From contig NIVC01003875.1 in assembly GCA_002269645.1 (NCBI GenBank), forward strand, positions 1 through 36,671: a stretch of DNA of 36,671 nucleotides. Reading direction: 5' to 3'. This document shows positions 8,589-19,083 of the stretch, piece by piece. A program made the position numbers and the translations under genes. Below the pieces are notes generated by a model. It saw only the letters and a program-made list of their open reading frames with translations, had not been told where the DNA came from and did no database searches. Position 1 is the first letter of the stretch. Every line of letters begins with the position of its first letter. The DNA is from Macrostomum lignano. Taxonomy: Eukaryota.

Positions 8589-9210
8589 CTCAGCAACAGT
8601 CAAAAGTTCTACCCTCCAAATTGCAAAAACTTCACACTCACAATTCAACCCTCAAGTTACGCAACTAAGCCGCCGCGAGGAAGGGAAAGTTGATTGAATA
8701 TCAATACTCGTAGTAAAATCATAATTTTTTATGCAATATTTAGTTAGAATCGCGATGCGTGTGGGATCCCCTCGCACGCAGTAAGTGCGACGACTCTGCG
8801 GGGCATCCCAATGATGAGGCGGCGCAGAAAGTCCTGGGGAAGCCGCTCCGAAGCGTTTTCAATGGCATGACGCAGAGCTCTCCGCAACATTCTGTGGTGG
8901 ATTCTCTTTTCGAATGCTACGTTTTAGGAAGTCCCAGACATGCTCGATGGGATTCATGTCTGGGGACCGGGAAGGCCAGCGCAGAGTGCGCAGCTGTAGC
9001 TGTTCCTTCAGTTGACTAACAGCATCGGCTTGGTGTGGCGGGGCGTTGTTCCTGAGCTAGGTCTGCTTAATGTCCAGGCCTGGACCATTAAGCAGACCCA
9101 AGCCACCCCCAAGCGGCAATAAGCTTTGCGCGTGCCGTAGGTTGCGTCACTCGCAATAAGTTAAAAAAATCATCACGCTTAGTGGGGTGGAACTTTTGAC
9201 TGTTGCTGAG
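8589..9210 (-). mobile_element. Internally deleted Tc1/mariner (Tc1, DD34E) element, 622 bp
   Basis: 26-bp TIRs CTCAGCAACAGTCAAAAGTTC(T/C)ACCC (8589-8614 and 9185-9210, 25/26 identical), with TA after the right end. The minus strand (8744-9054, two frameshifts) encodes Q[D]NAPPHQADAVSQLKEQLQLRTLRWPSRSPDMNPIEHVWDFLKRSIR…LPQDFLRRLIIGMPRRV. This is the Tc1 DNAxxH/WPxxSPDxNPIE signature, with 34 residues between D and E. Confidence 0.9.
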
Positions 9211-10246
9211 TATATCAATATTAACCCGATGTAATAGCCTCTCCTGTACTCCTGATGGTCCTGATGCTTTATATAGTATAAAGTAAAACCAATTATCTTG
9301 TCATTTACTCAAGGTAGGTAATGCTCAACTGTAGAGCACTAATTAAAACAACATTGATCATCAATAAATAACTTTGCAATCCAATAGATAAAATGATTGA
9401 TTAAATTCTGTGTTTTTGACCTTGATGAAATTTGAAATTGCGAATCGACGGTTTTAAAATATTTGATAAGAAGTATAATCACGCCAATTTATTTCTACTG
9501 AAGTTTTTCGTCTGTTTGGTTTGGTGTTTAAAGTTATTGCGAGATTATTGCAATTGAAATTTAGATTTAAAATTAATAAGTCTGTAAATTTCATCAATCT
9601 TTAGCATCAAGTCTTTAGCAACATGTATATCCGTTTGCTATTATAAGTTATTTTATTTATAGATGTTTCTTGTCCTTACAGAAGTGACAGCCTACTAGAA
9701 GATAGTATAGTAGCTCTAGCTTAGAAAAAGTATTAGCTTAGTTCGCTTGGACTCGGGTATTCATTAAAACCGCATGAAATTCTAAGATTCGGTGTCAGCG
9801 TTTGGGTGGAGTCTAGTGACGAAGTTTATTAATATATTATATAATATATTCAATACCGAATAGAAACGCTGTAACAATTATACAGACTGTACTATAAGAG
9901 TTATACTACAAGCTATTAAAGTTCTTTACTGAAATACATCAACCGATTAATTTATTGATAATATGGCTTTCTAAAACGTTTAGGCTCTGCAGTTTATTCG
10001 CAAACAGTCTAGCTGTACATGAACGCCAAAGCTTATGCATAAAAATGCTGCGCATCTCATTGTTGCCAACAGAATTTTGGCCAATTTTTATCATGTGAAA
10101 CATTAAATTCTTCCTTGCCGCAGTGCAAGGGGTGCAAGGGCTTATAAACTTCAAATATAAACCGGAAAATGTAATGTACGCTCGTACCTGACACTAGGCA
10201 TTCGCATTTCGCTTGATGGCTCAAGCAATAAAAATTTAATTACACC

Positions 10247-10636
10247 GGGCCGTAGCCCAGTGATCTATAGTGAGGTAGTGTCTGCGGCCCAGGCTCGAGT
10301 CAAAGTGCAGTCACATTTATTGAAGTCCTAATTGGAATCTCAGCTTGGCTCTGCTCATGCAATTAGCAGCCTTGAGGGCCAATCACAAGGCGCAGTGAAG
10401 TGTGCATTCTAGACGATAATTAAATAAAGTTAGGGTTGCTGTACACTCCTGTGTGAGAGGATAATTAAATAAAGTTAGGGCTGCTGTACACTCCTGTGTG
10501 AGAGGATAATTAAATAAAGTTAGGGATGCTGTACACTCCTGTGTGAGAGTATGCCTGTGCGTATGACTGCGTACGTATCCGTGCGATTGTGCTCAGGGAG
10601 TCGTGGGAATGGGCAGTAATGTCTCTCGCTGGTTTT
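10247..10636 (+). mobile_element. tRNA-derived SINE, diverged copy B with internal 3x45-bp duplication
   Basis: A-box-like TAGCCCAGTGA at 10253 and B-box-like GGCTCGAGTC at 10292. Shares AAGTGCAGTCACATT, AATTGGAAT, CAAGGCGCAGTGAAGTGT and GGAATGGGCAGTAATG with copy A. Unit 2 copy at 25400-25790. Confidence 0.75.
10415..10549 (+). repeat. 3 x 45-bp tandem repeat GATAATTAAATAAAGTTAGGG(T/C/A)TGCTGTACACTCCTGTGTGAGAG
   Basis: Units at 10415, 10460 and 10505 differ at one position. Also at 25568-25702. Confidence 0.97.
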
Positions 10637-11306
10637 GTGACGAAACTTTTTTCTTACTTTTTTATCTTACCCGTATTGCACACATGTATTAGTAGCTGAT
10701 CTCTGTTAGCATACCATTTGTACAAGCTTACTATAAAAAAACAGAAACGACAGCGAGACAGCTTGCTTATCAGGGCATACCTGCAGATATCTCAGATCCT
10801 GTAAGCGTCCAAGTTAAATTGCAACCATGGGAGGTTATGTATACGACGAACATTCAAATGAAAAAGTGCTCCAATGGTGGCAAAAACTTTCATTGGCAGT
10901 AGATTTTGGCACGCTGAAGACACAGGCCGAGTAAAAAACTTGGCTAAGAATAAAGCATACTCAAGCTATCAAGCCTAAAGCCCTGATAAAATGAAGTACG
11001 ATCGTAGATGTGTCGTCGGATTGTCAGATCCACCGCGAGATTATTTTATCTTTCGATCAAATTAGTTTTTTTACAGTTACTTGTTCTTTAGTTTGTGCAA
11101 TTTCACTCTTGGACGTTTTTGACTCACTAAGTAATTGTTCTTGGTCACGCACCAACCCATATAATGGCTGTGCACGCTACTCTCTAGTCGTATGCACTTC
11201 AGCTAAGCCGACCACTAAGCAGCTAAAGGGCACGCTCTACTGTCTTATAAACTTGCAATCAACTTCCCTCGGTCTCCGAACCCATAAGTTCGCAATGCTA
11301 TTTGCA

Positions 11307-11580
11307 CTCAGCAACATTGAAAAGTCGCCACTCTTTGCTCCAATGAGCAATTTCTCTTGAACTTCTAGTAATTCTGAAAAAAATTACTAGAAAACTGATC
11401 GGGTAGCTTTAATCCGTCCAACCCTCGCACACCGCTCCCCCCACTTCATTCCTTAACTCAAGTCTGCCGTGGCGTAGCTGATTTGCGTCACTCGCAAAGA
11501 TTCAGAGACTTTACCTGCACTCTCAAAAGTGGCGACCTCGAAGGAATCTTCGGTGATGGAGAATTTTCGGTGTTACTGAG
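11307..11580. mobile_element. 274-bp MITE-like element with Tc1-type CTCAG termini
   Basis: Left end CTCAGCAACATTGAAAAGTCGCCACT. Right end (reverse complement) CTCAGTAACACCGAAAA[27 nt]GTCGCCACTTTTG, followed by TA. Shares the subterminal TTGCGTCACTCGCAA with the Tc1 element (9142-9156). Unit 2 copy at 26461-26734. Confidence 0.65.
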
Positions 11581-12415
11581 TATATAGGGCCCGATATATA
11601 CGATAAGATCGTTTTTAACTCCTATCTCCACAGTGTAAAAGTTCCTACGTACGATCAAACTTACGCTACGACAGCTTTAGAGTACGACCCCATAGTTTTT
11701 AAATGCGTTCTCGTCAGGACGATCAGATCGATGAAGCGGTGGGAAGCCAAGGCAGCTGACGCATTGAAATTGAACCTTACCCCGATTGTCAAGGCAACTT
11801 CGTGAGTTTTAACAAACATTAAAATTACTCCGCGAATGAATACATTTTTTACGATAATGAAATTTGAACATACCCACGCGCTTATTGTTGATCGTAATCT
11901 AGTCTCTAAAATTTAGATCTAAAAAGACACTAAAGTTTCTTGACTAACAGCGCGGTTTTAACTGATATTCATCCATCCATAGATCTTCGTTCATGCATAG
12001 AAGAAATGAAGTTTTTTCTGTTTGCAGAACAATTAACCTCAAAAGTCATCAGTTAATGAATGAACGAATATGAACAGATTGTCAACACAAAATACCATAA
12101 AATATTGATTTTTGCAAAATTCATGATATTAATTTCGAGCTGATGTGCAAAGCTTTTTATTGCATATTAACAAAATTGTATGAGTCTGTGAAATTCCAAC
12201 AGAAATTCAAATTTATCATTCTGAATTCTCCTATTTAAGTTTCTATTCATCCTTAGATACATACAGATTGTCAATTATGGTTTCTAGGTAAATTGCTCGC
12301 AAAAATAAATTAAACTGTCAATAAACTTAACTCGATCAAGAACGGTTGTTCTTTTGAAAGCAGGATCATTAAGAGCCACTCAAAATAGGCCTTCTGATGA
12401 CAAAGCGAACTGAAC

Positions 12416-12715
12416 TTATTCGGGGAGCGTTTGATCAACATGATTTACTTTGCCAACAACGGATCCCCGGGCACTCGGATCAACCCAACAACGAGATGAC
12501 CAATCACCAATTAGCCCTTTCTTTGACCCCCTGCCTGTGGCCTCCATCCCACTGCTATTGTAACCACTTGTGGGGGTGCAACGAAGCACAAGGAGAGATA
12601 ACCGCCGATAGTTCAGCTCTGCCGGCAGGATCCCCTCTTCCTCCTGCCCTCCGCAGGCCTTGCTTGGAATCAACCGCAGTCTGGCACCAAGGCGGTGACC
12701 ACGGCTATCTCAGGT
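12416..12715 (-). pseudogene. Degenerate DDE transposase fragment, probably Kolobok/Mutator-like type
   Basis: Broken minus-strand frames give AVVTALVPDCG, SKAC, GYNSSGMEATG, LIGDWSS and KVNHV. These resemble, in order, motifs I recall for Kolobok-type transposases (GVVTAI..TG, SKxCxxC, GSSxxME, GDGDSS, ECxNHV). Family assignment is from memory and has not been searched. Unit 2 copy at 27570-27869. Confidence 0.42.
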
Positions 12716-13242
12716 CATGGCTGGTCAGTTCAAGGAAGCATTTAATTTTAGAATGCCTCCTCTTTATTTAGGACAGGCTCACCGCGGCGCAAATCTGGAT
12801 TTTTTCGACAGTTTCAAGCACGGGAATTTCTGCCACCTCGTCCATGCCTAAGGGCTACCGGGCGACCGATCACTCACCTCCTGGAGGGGGACAGAACTGA
12901 GAACACCGGCACCACGGGATCTCCCTGCGCGACACAGTAGCACCAGCTGCCCGTGATCGGCAGGGGTCTGCGGAATGGACGGCAACACCTCCCTTCTGCA
13001 CCCATATTCTGGGAAGCCTTGCAGCTAATTCTAGCGGCAAGTGTGCAGTGTCCGTCATACAAAAGCTCGCAGTTGATAAATCAATCGTTTTTACAAGCCC
13101 GTACTCATGGACAAAGAAGACAAACGCTATAATATCCCTCTCGCAATACAGTTCGAAATAAACTGATACATACTTCCCCACCAACACACTGCGCGCTTTT
13201 TGCTAAAAGTAGTTGGTGAAGTCTCTTGCTAAAGTTTTCGAA

Positions 13243-13395
13243 TTCGATGTTGTGAAATTTTGACCTTGTGAAGTTTCGACCTTGTGAAAGTGGTTGCTAT
13301 TTGAGTTCTCGATGTTATGAAATTTCGACCTTGTGAAATTTCGATCGTGTGAAAGAAGGTGCTTTCGACGTTGTGAAATTTCGAGTTTGTGAAAC
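13243..13395. repeat. Degenerate 16-bp repeats (TTGTGAAATTTCGACC-like, ~7 copies) ending in GAAACCCCC; probable DNA-transposon subterminal repeats
   Basis: Read directly. Unit 2 copy at ~28396-28548. Confidence 0.75.
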
Positions 13396-14098
13396 CCCCC
13401 TTCAATGAATGGCTTCGAAAAGGAACATATTTGGCCCAGCCAGAAATTTGAATCCCTTGGGGAGTGGAGGGAGTGGGCCTGTACAATATCGAAAATATAC
13501 GATTCCCCATTCCCTTGCATTTTCTGTATCCCCTGTCACCCTTTTTCTGCGCTAACACCACTGAATAGAGGCCAGCTAAATTCCCAAAAGACACCACAGA
13601 TCCGAACCACCAAGAGCGCTTTCTTCTGAAAATAAAGTTCGTTCATTTCTTGGCATTGAGTTGGGTGTGTCAATAATTTCAGCATTAACGACAGTTAAAT
13701 TGATCAAATTTGAGTGTTGAGAACTATATGTTCGAATAATTGAACTAAATTTTTATCAATGTGTTTCATTAACTGGTTACTAACTCTTTTAAGGCTTATT
13801 AAGCCGTTATTACCCATGTGAATGTTACAGTTATTATATTTTTTACATTTTAATTACAAAGTTTAGCCTTTCAACAACGACGCCTAATCTGTTTTGCATA
13901 CTTGTCCTGTCTTACATTTACTACAATGAACAACAGTATCTGCTTGTAACTATCTATACTTCGAGATTTGTGTGTCATCTGAAACGAAAGGGTTGGTATT
14001 TTTAGCAAATATATACTTTCACAATCACATTACAGTGTGAGTTACAAACGTACAAATATTACAAACTCCATAAAAATTTACAACCGAAACAAATTCAC

Positions 14099-14217
14099 GG
14101 GGCGCTTTCATTAGGCAAAAATTTCACTTTGCCGAAAAGCACTCTCTTTCACTAGGCCGAACCTTATGGAAGAGCATACTCGGCAATGTGAAGTTTCGGC
14201 TTAGTAACCCCCCCCCC
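14099..14217. mobile_element. ~120-bp MITE-like imperfect inverted repeat
   Basis: Left arm GGGG…TTCATTAGGCAAAAATTTCACTTTGCCGA versus right arm (reverse complement) GGGGG…TTACTAAGCCGAAACTTCACATTGCCGA. Unit 2 copy at 29253-29370. Confidence 0.5.
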
Positions 14218-14330
14218 AAATTCACTAAGGTGGCTTTAAGCTACCTCAAATTTCCGAATTTCAAATCTTCAAACCCAAAAAGCAAAAAACTAAGACAGTT
14301 TTTCACTCAATCCCCCATAGCATTGCTCCA

Positions 14331-14566
14331 CTCCTCTCTACCCTCTCTCCCCTCTACCCTCTCCCCTCTCTACCCTCTCTCCTCTCTAGCCTCTCTCCCC
14401 TCTACCCTCTCTCCTCTCTACCCTCTCTCCTCTCTACCCTCTCTCCTCTCTACCCTCTCTCCTCTCTACCCTCTCTCCTCTCTACCCTCTCTCCTCTCTA
14501 CCCTCTCTCCTCTCTACCCTCTCTCCTCTCTACCCTCTCTCCTCTCTACCCTCTCTCCTCTCCCTA
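14331..14566. repeat. Polypyrimidine minisatellite, 16-bp unit CCCTCTCTCCTCTCTA
   Basis: Read directly. The unit 2 tract (29484-29700) is ~19 bp shorter. Confidence 0.95.
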
Positions 14567-15137
14567 CTTCTTTTCTAAAAGCCCGCTTTCTAAAAGCGCA
14601 AATATTTACAGGTGTAAATTTATCGTCAATTTGATGCTTTTAATCTTCTTTCGACTGCAAACAAAAAGTTGTTCTCGGGGGCTCTTAGCTCTACGCTACT
14701 AAAAGTAGTCTGATGCGCATTTAAATTTTATGAAACTTCACACATCTTTCCGAAAAAAATTATTTCACAATGTTGGCACTAGGCAACAGCAAATATAGCC
14801 CTAACGTTTATTGTAAAGAGTAACCACCTATTATTGTGATAAAAAACGGTTCTCCCGCTAGGCTGAAAGGGCAGTGCTATTAAATAAAGCTGCCTTGAAC
14901 ATGAAACACGCCAAACTTAGGTTGCCGCCTCATAGGCCGCCGGGCGATCACCGGGCGGCTTCGATTAGGATTAAAAAAATCGTCCATATTAAGGCTATAT
15001 AAAGTATTACGAGTAAAAAATCACCATTTCTCATTGAAAAATCAGATCATATTTCATTGTAAAGTGTAAATAAAAATATTTACCGACTGCCCTCACAGGC
15101 GGCCGCGAGGGCGCACACCGCCCACTGTACGCCCCAC

Positions 15138-15272
15138 TTAGTTGTCCCACTGGTCCCAGTGTCCTTCACCAGACTCTTTATTGCCAGCCTCAAAATGCAG
15201 AAAAGTCTTTGTGTCACCGGACTGTCGGTAGATCACCCACGATTTCCGCACAAGCATCGCAAGAAGATGAAA
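15138..15272 (-). pseudogene. Last 135 bp of the piggyBac remnant left at the deleted unit 1/2 junction
   Basis: Matches 30272-30406 with one substitution, then breaks off at the deletion. Confidence 0.85.
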
Positions 15273-15520
15273 AGATGTCTAGAAGCAACAATTTACCATA
15301 CGGTAATTTAAAGGCTGCGTGCATCCAACCCTGGCGCACTTTGGGCGTTTAAGCGACATTGTCACTTAAGCGACTCCCCTGGGCAGGCATACACACGAGC
15401 AGACCCCCACACAGGAGTGTACAGCGGCTTTGACTGTATTTATTTCTTTATAAAATTCGAAAAATTAGTTTTCAGGTAAATTTTCCTGTTTATAATCGAA
15501 GTTTATAAGCCGTGATGTTA

Positions 15521-15861
15521 GGGGGGGGGCGTAGTCCAGCGGTCTAGCGCAGGCTCTGGTGTGAGAGCAACCCAGGCTCGATTCCAAGTGCAGTCACATT
15601 AATTTGGGGCTGAATTGGAATTTCGGCTTGGCTCGCTTGTGCAATTAACGGCCTTGAGAGCCAACCCCCCAAGGCGCAGTGAAGTGTACATGCCTAACAA
15701 TTGATAAAGTTAGGGCCGCTGTACAGTCCTGTGTGAGTGTGTGCCTGCGTAACGTATCCGCGCGCTTGTATGCCTGCTCAGGGGAGTCGGCGGAATGGGC
15801 AGTAATGCCTCTCGCCGGTTGTGTGCCTATGTCGCTTAAAGTGCGCCAGGGTGCACACAAC
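15521..15861 (+). mobile_element. tRNA-derived SINE copy A, unit 2
   Basis: Same as 365-705 apart from homopolymer-scale indels. Confidence 0.75.
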
Positions 15862-18800
15862 CCCCCTGTTTCTAATAAAAAAGCCGTGATGTTCCCTTTT
15901 TTTCAAATAATATAGATGAACCAAAGTTTTGCTGGAAAAACAAAAGACACGCAGAATTTTTATGCACTAGTTTGGTGTTAATTTGTAACTAGATTGTTTT
16001 AGCTGCAGAACCTGAAGTTTTTAAAAGGCCATACATGTATTGTCGGTTAAACTAATCAGCTGATGCATTTCACTAAAAAAATAATATTACGATTTCTGTA
16101 TAACAATCTAAATAACTGTTACAGTGTATCTATTCGTTAACGAAATTTATAAACTCAATTTACTAGACTCATCCTAAACGCTGACTTCGAATAGTAGAAG
16201 TTATTTAGGGTTAGGCGAAGTGACGAAGACTGTTATTATAGCATAACGTGAAAGACAGCGAGTATAAATGAACGAGGCCAGCAGACATAGACCGAAGAGC
16301 CGCTAGGTTCTGACCTTCGCTAGGTTACCGGCACTGCCATCAGAGATGTACCCGCGAAATCGCCGAGCTGCGCCAATCTCCGAGCATTGAAAGCAGACGT
16401 CGCTCCACCACGGCGGAGCGAGTGCGTAGAGAAGCTGAAAGTTTCTGATGTGTCCCTTATTACCCGACTTATGGTAATCAAAGAACACTCACTTCTAGCT
16501 CAATAGCTAGGCAGCCCAGTAAGTCAATTAAAGGTACTTCTTACGTTGACGTCGCTTGGAGATATCTCTTCTGTAGTCTTCGAGTAGATCTCGCTTGTCT
16601 CTATGTGATCTCGTAGATCAGGCGCCTTGATTCTTCAGTTGCTCTGGTCCTGGTTCCTCTTGTACTTCCGATAAGTTCCTCCGGCCGGTATCTTCAGTCA
16701 GGACCAATCAGAGGCCTCGTATCAACAATGGGTACCCTGCGCCGAACAGCGGTTTGAATTAAGCCTCCTTCTTCTAGCAGTGCCTTTATGCACTCTAGGT
16801 ATGGCTCCGGAAACCACTGATAGTCCTCTAAGATCTATCAGGGGCAGTCCTTCTGGAGACTGCAACCAATGGAGTCTAAACAGACTCAAGAGTCTCAACA
16901 GACTCAAATAGACTCAAGTCTCAATAGACTTGAGCGAGACGTCTCTAACACAACGGGCGCAAATAAGGAAGGCTTACCGCAACAACTCGACCGAGTCTCG
17001 ATTGACTTGGTGATCAGGAAGTCCTCCTAAGGCTTCCTCTTCGGAGCTTCTCCTCTCGTCGGGAGTTGGCTCCTGGTCCGCTTCGGACCGCTTGTATTTA
17101 TAGGCAACTTTTTGATCCAAAATAGCATCATTACAAACCACGTGTTGCGCTAAAAGGGGAAAATGGCTCATGGCGTATCATTTTGGTAACATCTTTTCCT
17201 GGTAGCGTGATTCATTCAAAGCTTAGGCGCACATGCGTGTACTTACTTACTTATAGTAGCATTATACGATTATCTTCTTTTAACCTTTTTTAACGGGAGG
17301 TAGAACACTCTACATTTCCATTCCGGTCTTGCGAAACAAACGCTGCAGGCGGTGGCGAACCTCCACTGAGTCAGAAGGCCACCAAAATGGCGGCTCTGAC
17401 GGACTAAGAATACGGGAAAGCTCTGAGACGTATCGAGAATTAGATTCAGCTGCCAGAGATGTCGGGGCGCAATTTGAGAGCGGCTGCTGAGCTCGGACCC
17501 ATGACCGGGAGCTGGAGCTGGTGTGGATGCGCTCACCGATCAGCACTGTCTTTGAACGAGCTACATAGATGGCCCGATTTCGGGTCATCCCGCCAGCCCC
17601 GAAGCGAACGGCCCGCGTTTGCAAAAGTCTATGGCAAATCAACCATCATCTCAGCACACCCGTTGCCGACGGGAATGGCCCGATTTCGGGTCAGCGTCTA
17701 ACAATGTTGCAAAGAGTAGATTACGCAAAAAAATATTATTAGCTTAGAGATGTCATACCTGTAATTATAATAACTCGTTTATAATAAAAATACTGCGGCA
17801 GTTTTCAACAAAACTGTAAAAATTGCTTTTACGAAGTAAGCTTGTTCCCAATGAAGCCGGAATAGTCTAATTACATGATTTATTAGGGACATTTTTAAAG
17901 AGGGAAATGATTTACAGACTGGAGCATCTGCAAGATACGAAAAAGTAAGCTGGTACAATGGGTAGGTATTTAGGTAGGTAGGTAGGTAGGTAGGTAGGTA
18001 GGTAGGTAGGTAGGTAGGTAGGTAGGTAGGTAGGTAGGTTAGGTTAGGGTTAGGGTTAGGGTTAGGCTGAAAATTATTTGGCTTTTTTTACGCTATCACC
18101 TTGATTGCTGAGTGTACAGGCTGAAGTTTGAAGGCAACGAAAATGGAATAAAAAGGTAGACGAGAAGAATAAACAGACGATGCTGTCATATGTCATGCAT
18201 GCATAAATTTTCCATCCTAACTTTTTTATGCGTAGCGTTTCTGTGAAGACACTTATATACGAGTAACAATACAACAGCTTCAGCTTATAGGTTCAAATTT
18301 GTAAATTCTGTCCTACTCAAAGCTAAAAAACACGTATGATCATTGTATGAGCATTATGTCGTGTTCCATTTTAATTAACTAAAAATAAGTTGTTTTGCAG
18401 TTGGAAGACATGTGATGTGTTTTAGGAAAAAACGACTCCACAGATTCATTAAACATTCTATCTGTTCTAAAATTAGCAAAGCATTCGACTTAAGCGACAG
18501 AAGTCCTCGTACACTGTCTTAACAAGTTTTCATTGCTTTCCATAAAGCACCATCCAACCCAGTCAATAGTTTTAGTTTTCACCTGAGATTTCTTGTAAGA
18601 CCATTATAGTTTAAATGTACTACACTTCGCTATGCTTTGATAGCAAATTATGAAGATATGAAATCAATTCTCTATATTGATATGACCAAAACACCAGAAA
18701 TACTTCAGGGGGTGATTTCTGAAATGAAGTGTTGAGATACGGCACACTTTTACCTTCAAGGCATTCTGTATTACAATATTTATGATTTATTACGTTCTAT

Positions 18801-19083
18801 ATGGATAAACTCGAAACCAAAATCAGCGAAAATTGGAAGTCTTGTGTCAAAATTAGCCTCGAAATTAGTGGAAGAGTTGCCTAGATATTGCCAGATTTGG
18901 TTTTATATACTTTAATTAAAAGCTGTCTAAATTTGATGTTCGGCCTGTTTACTGGAAGTTGATTTAATTTAGTGGAAAGAAGATTAACGGGCATAAATAC
19001 GAACAGGAACACTGAAACAGCAGTTTTCCGCTTACTAGCTCGTATGCCATGCCCGCAGCGCCCTGCAGCTGAACCAGACTGCG

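Larger units (their letters stand above)
121..15276 (+). repeat. Tandem array unit 1 (~15.16 kb, short-junction form at its 3' end)
   Basis: GTCTAGAAGCAACAATTTACC starts at 121, 15277 and 31190. The ORF track repeats at a constant offset of 15157 (e.g. 1565 to 16722, 3815 to 18972). Confidence 0.97.

Noticed and set aside
8759-9019. 86-aa plus-strand ORF
   Set aside because: Antisense shadow of the minus-strand Tc1 transposase remnant.
9939-10154. 71-aa ORF as a tyrosine-recombinase (Crypton-like) fragment
   Set aside because: Only a vague VGxN resemblance and no catalytic residues, so it is not supportable.
10415-10549. CRISPR-like direct repeats
   Set aside because: The units are contiguous with no spacers, lie inside a SINE, and there are no cas genes in this intron-containing eukaryotic DNA.
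13203-13629. Overlapping 74-122 aa ORFs
   Set aside because: Produced by 16-bp repeats and flanking DNA, with no recognisable motif.
14188-14634. 148-aa Ser/Leu/Pro-rich ORF (and 29383-29712)
   Set aside because: Translation of the CT minisatellite, and its length differs between units.
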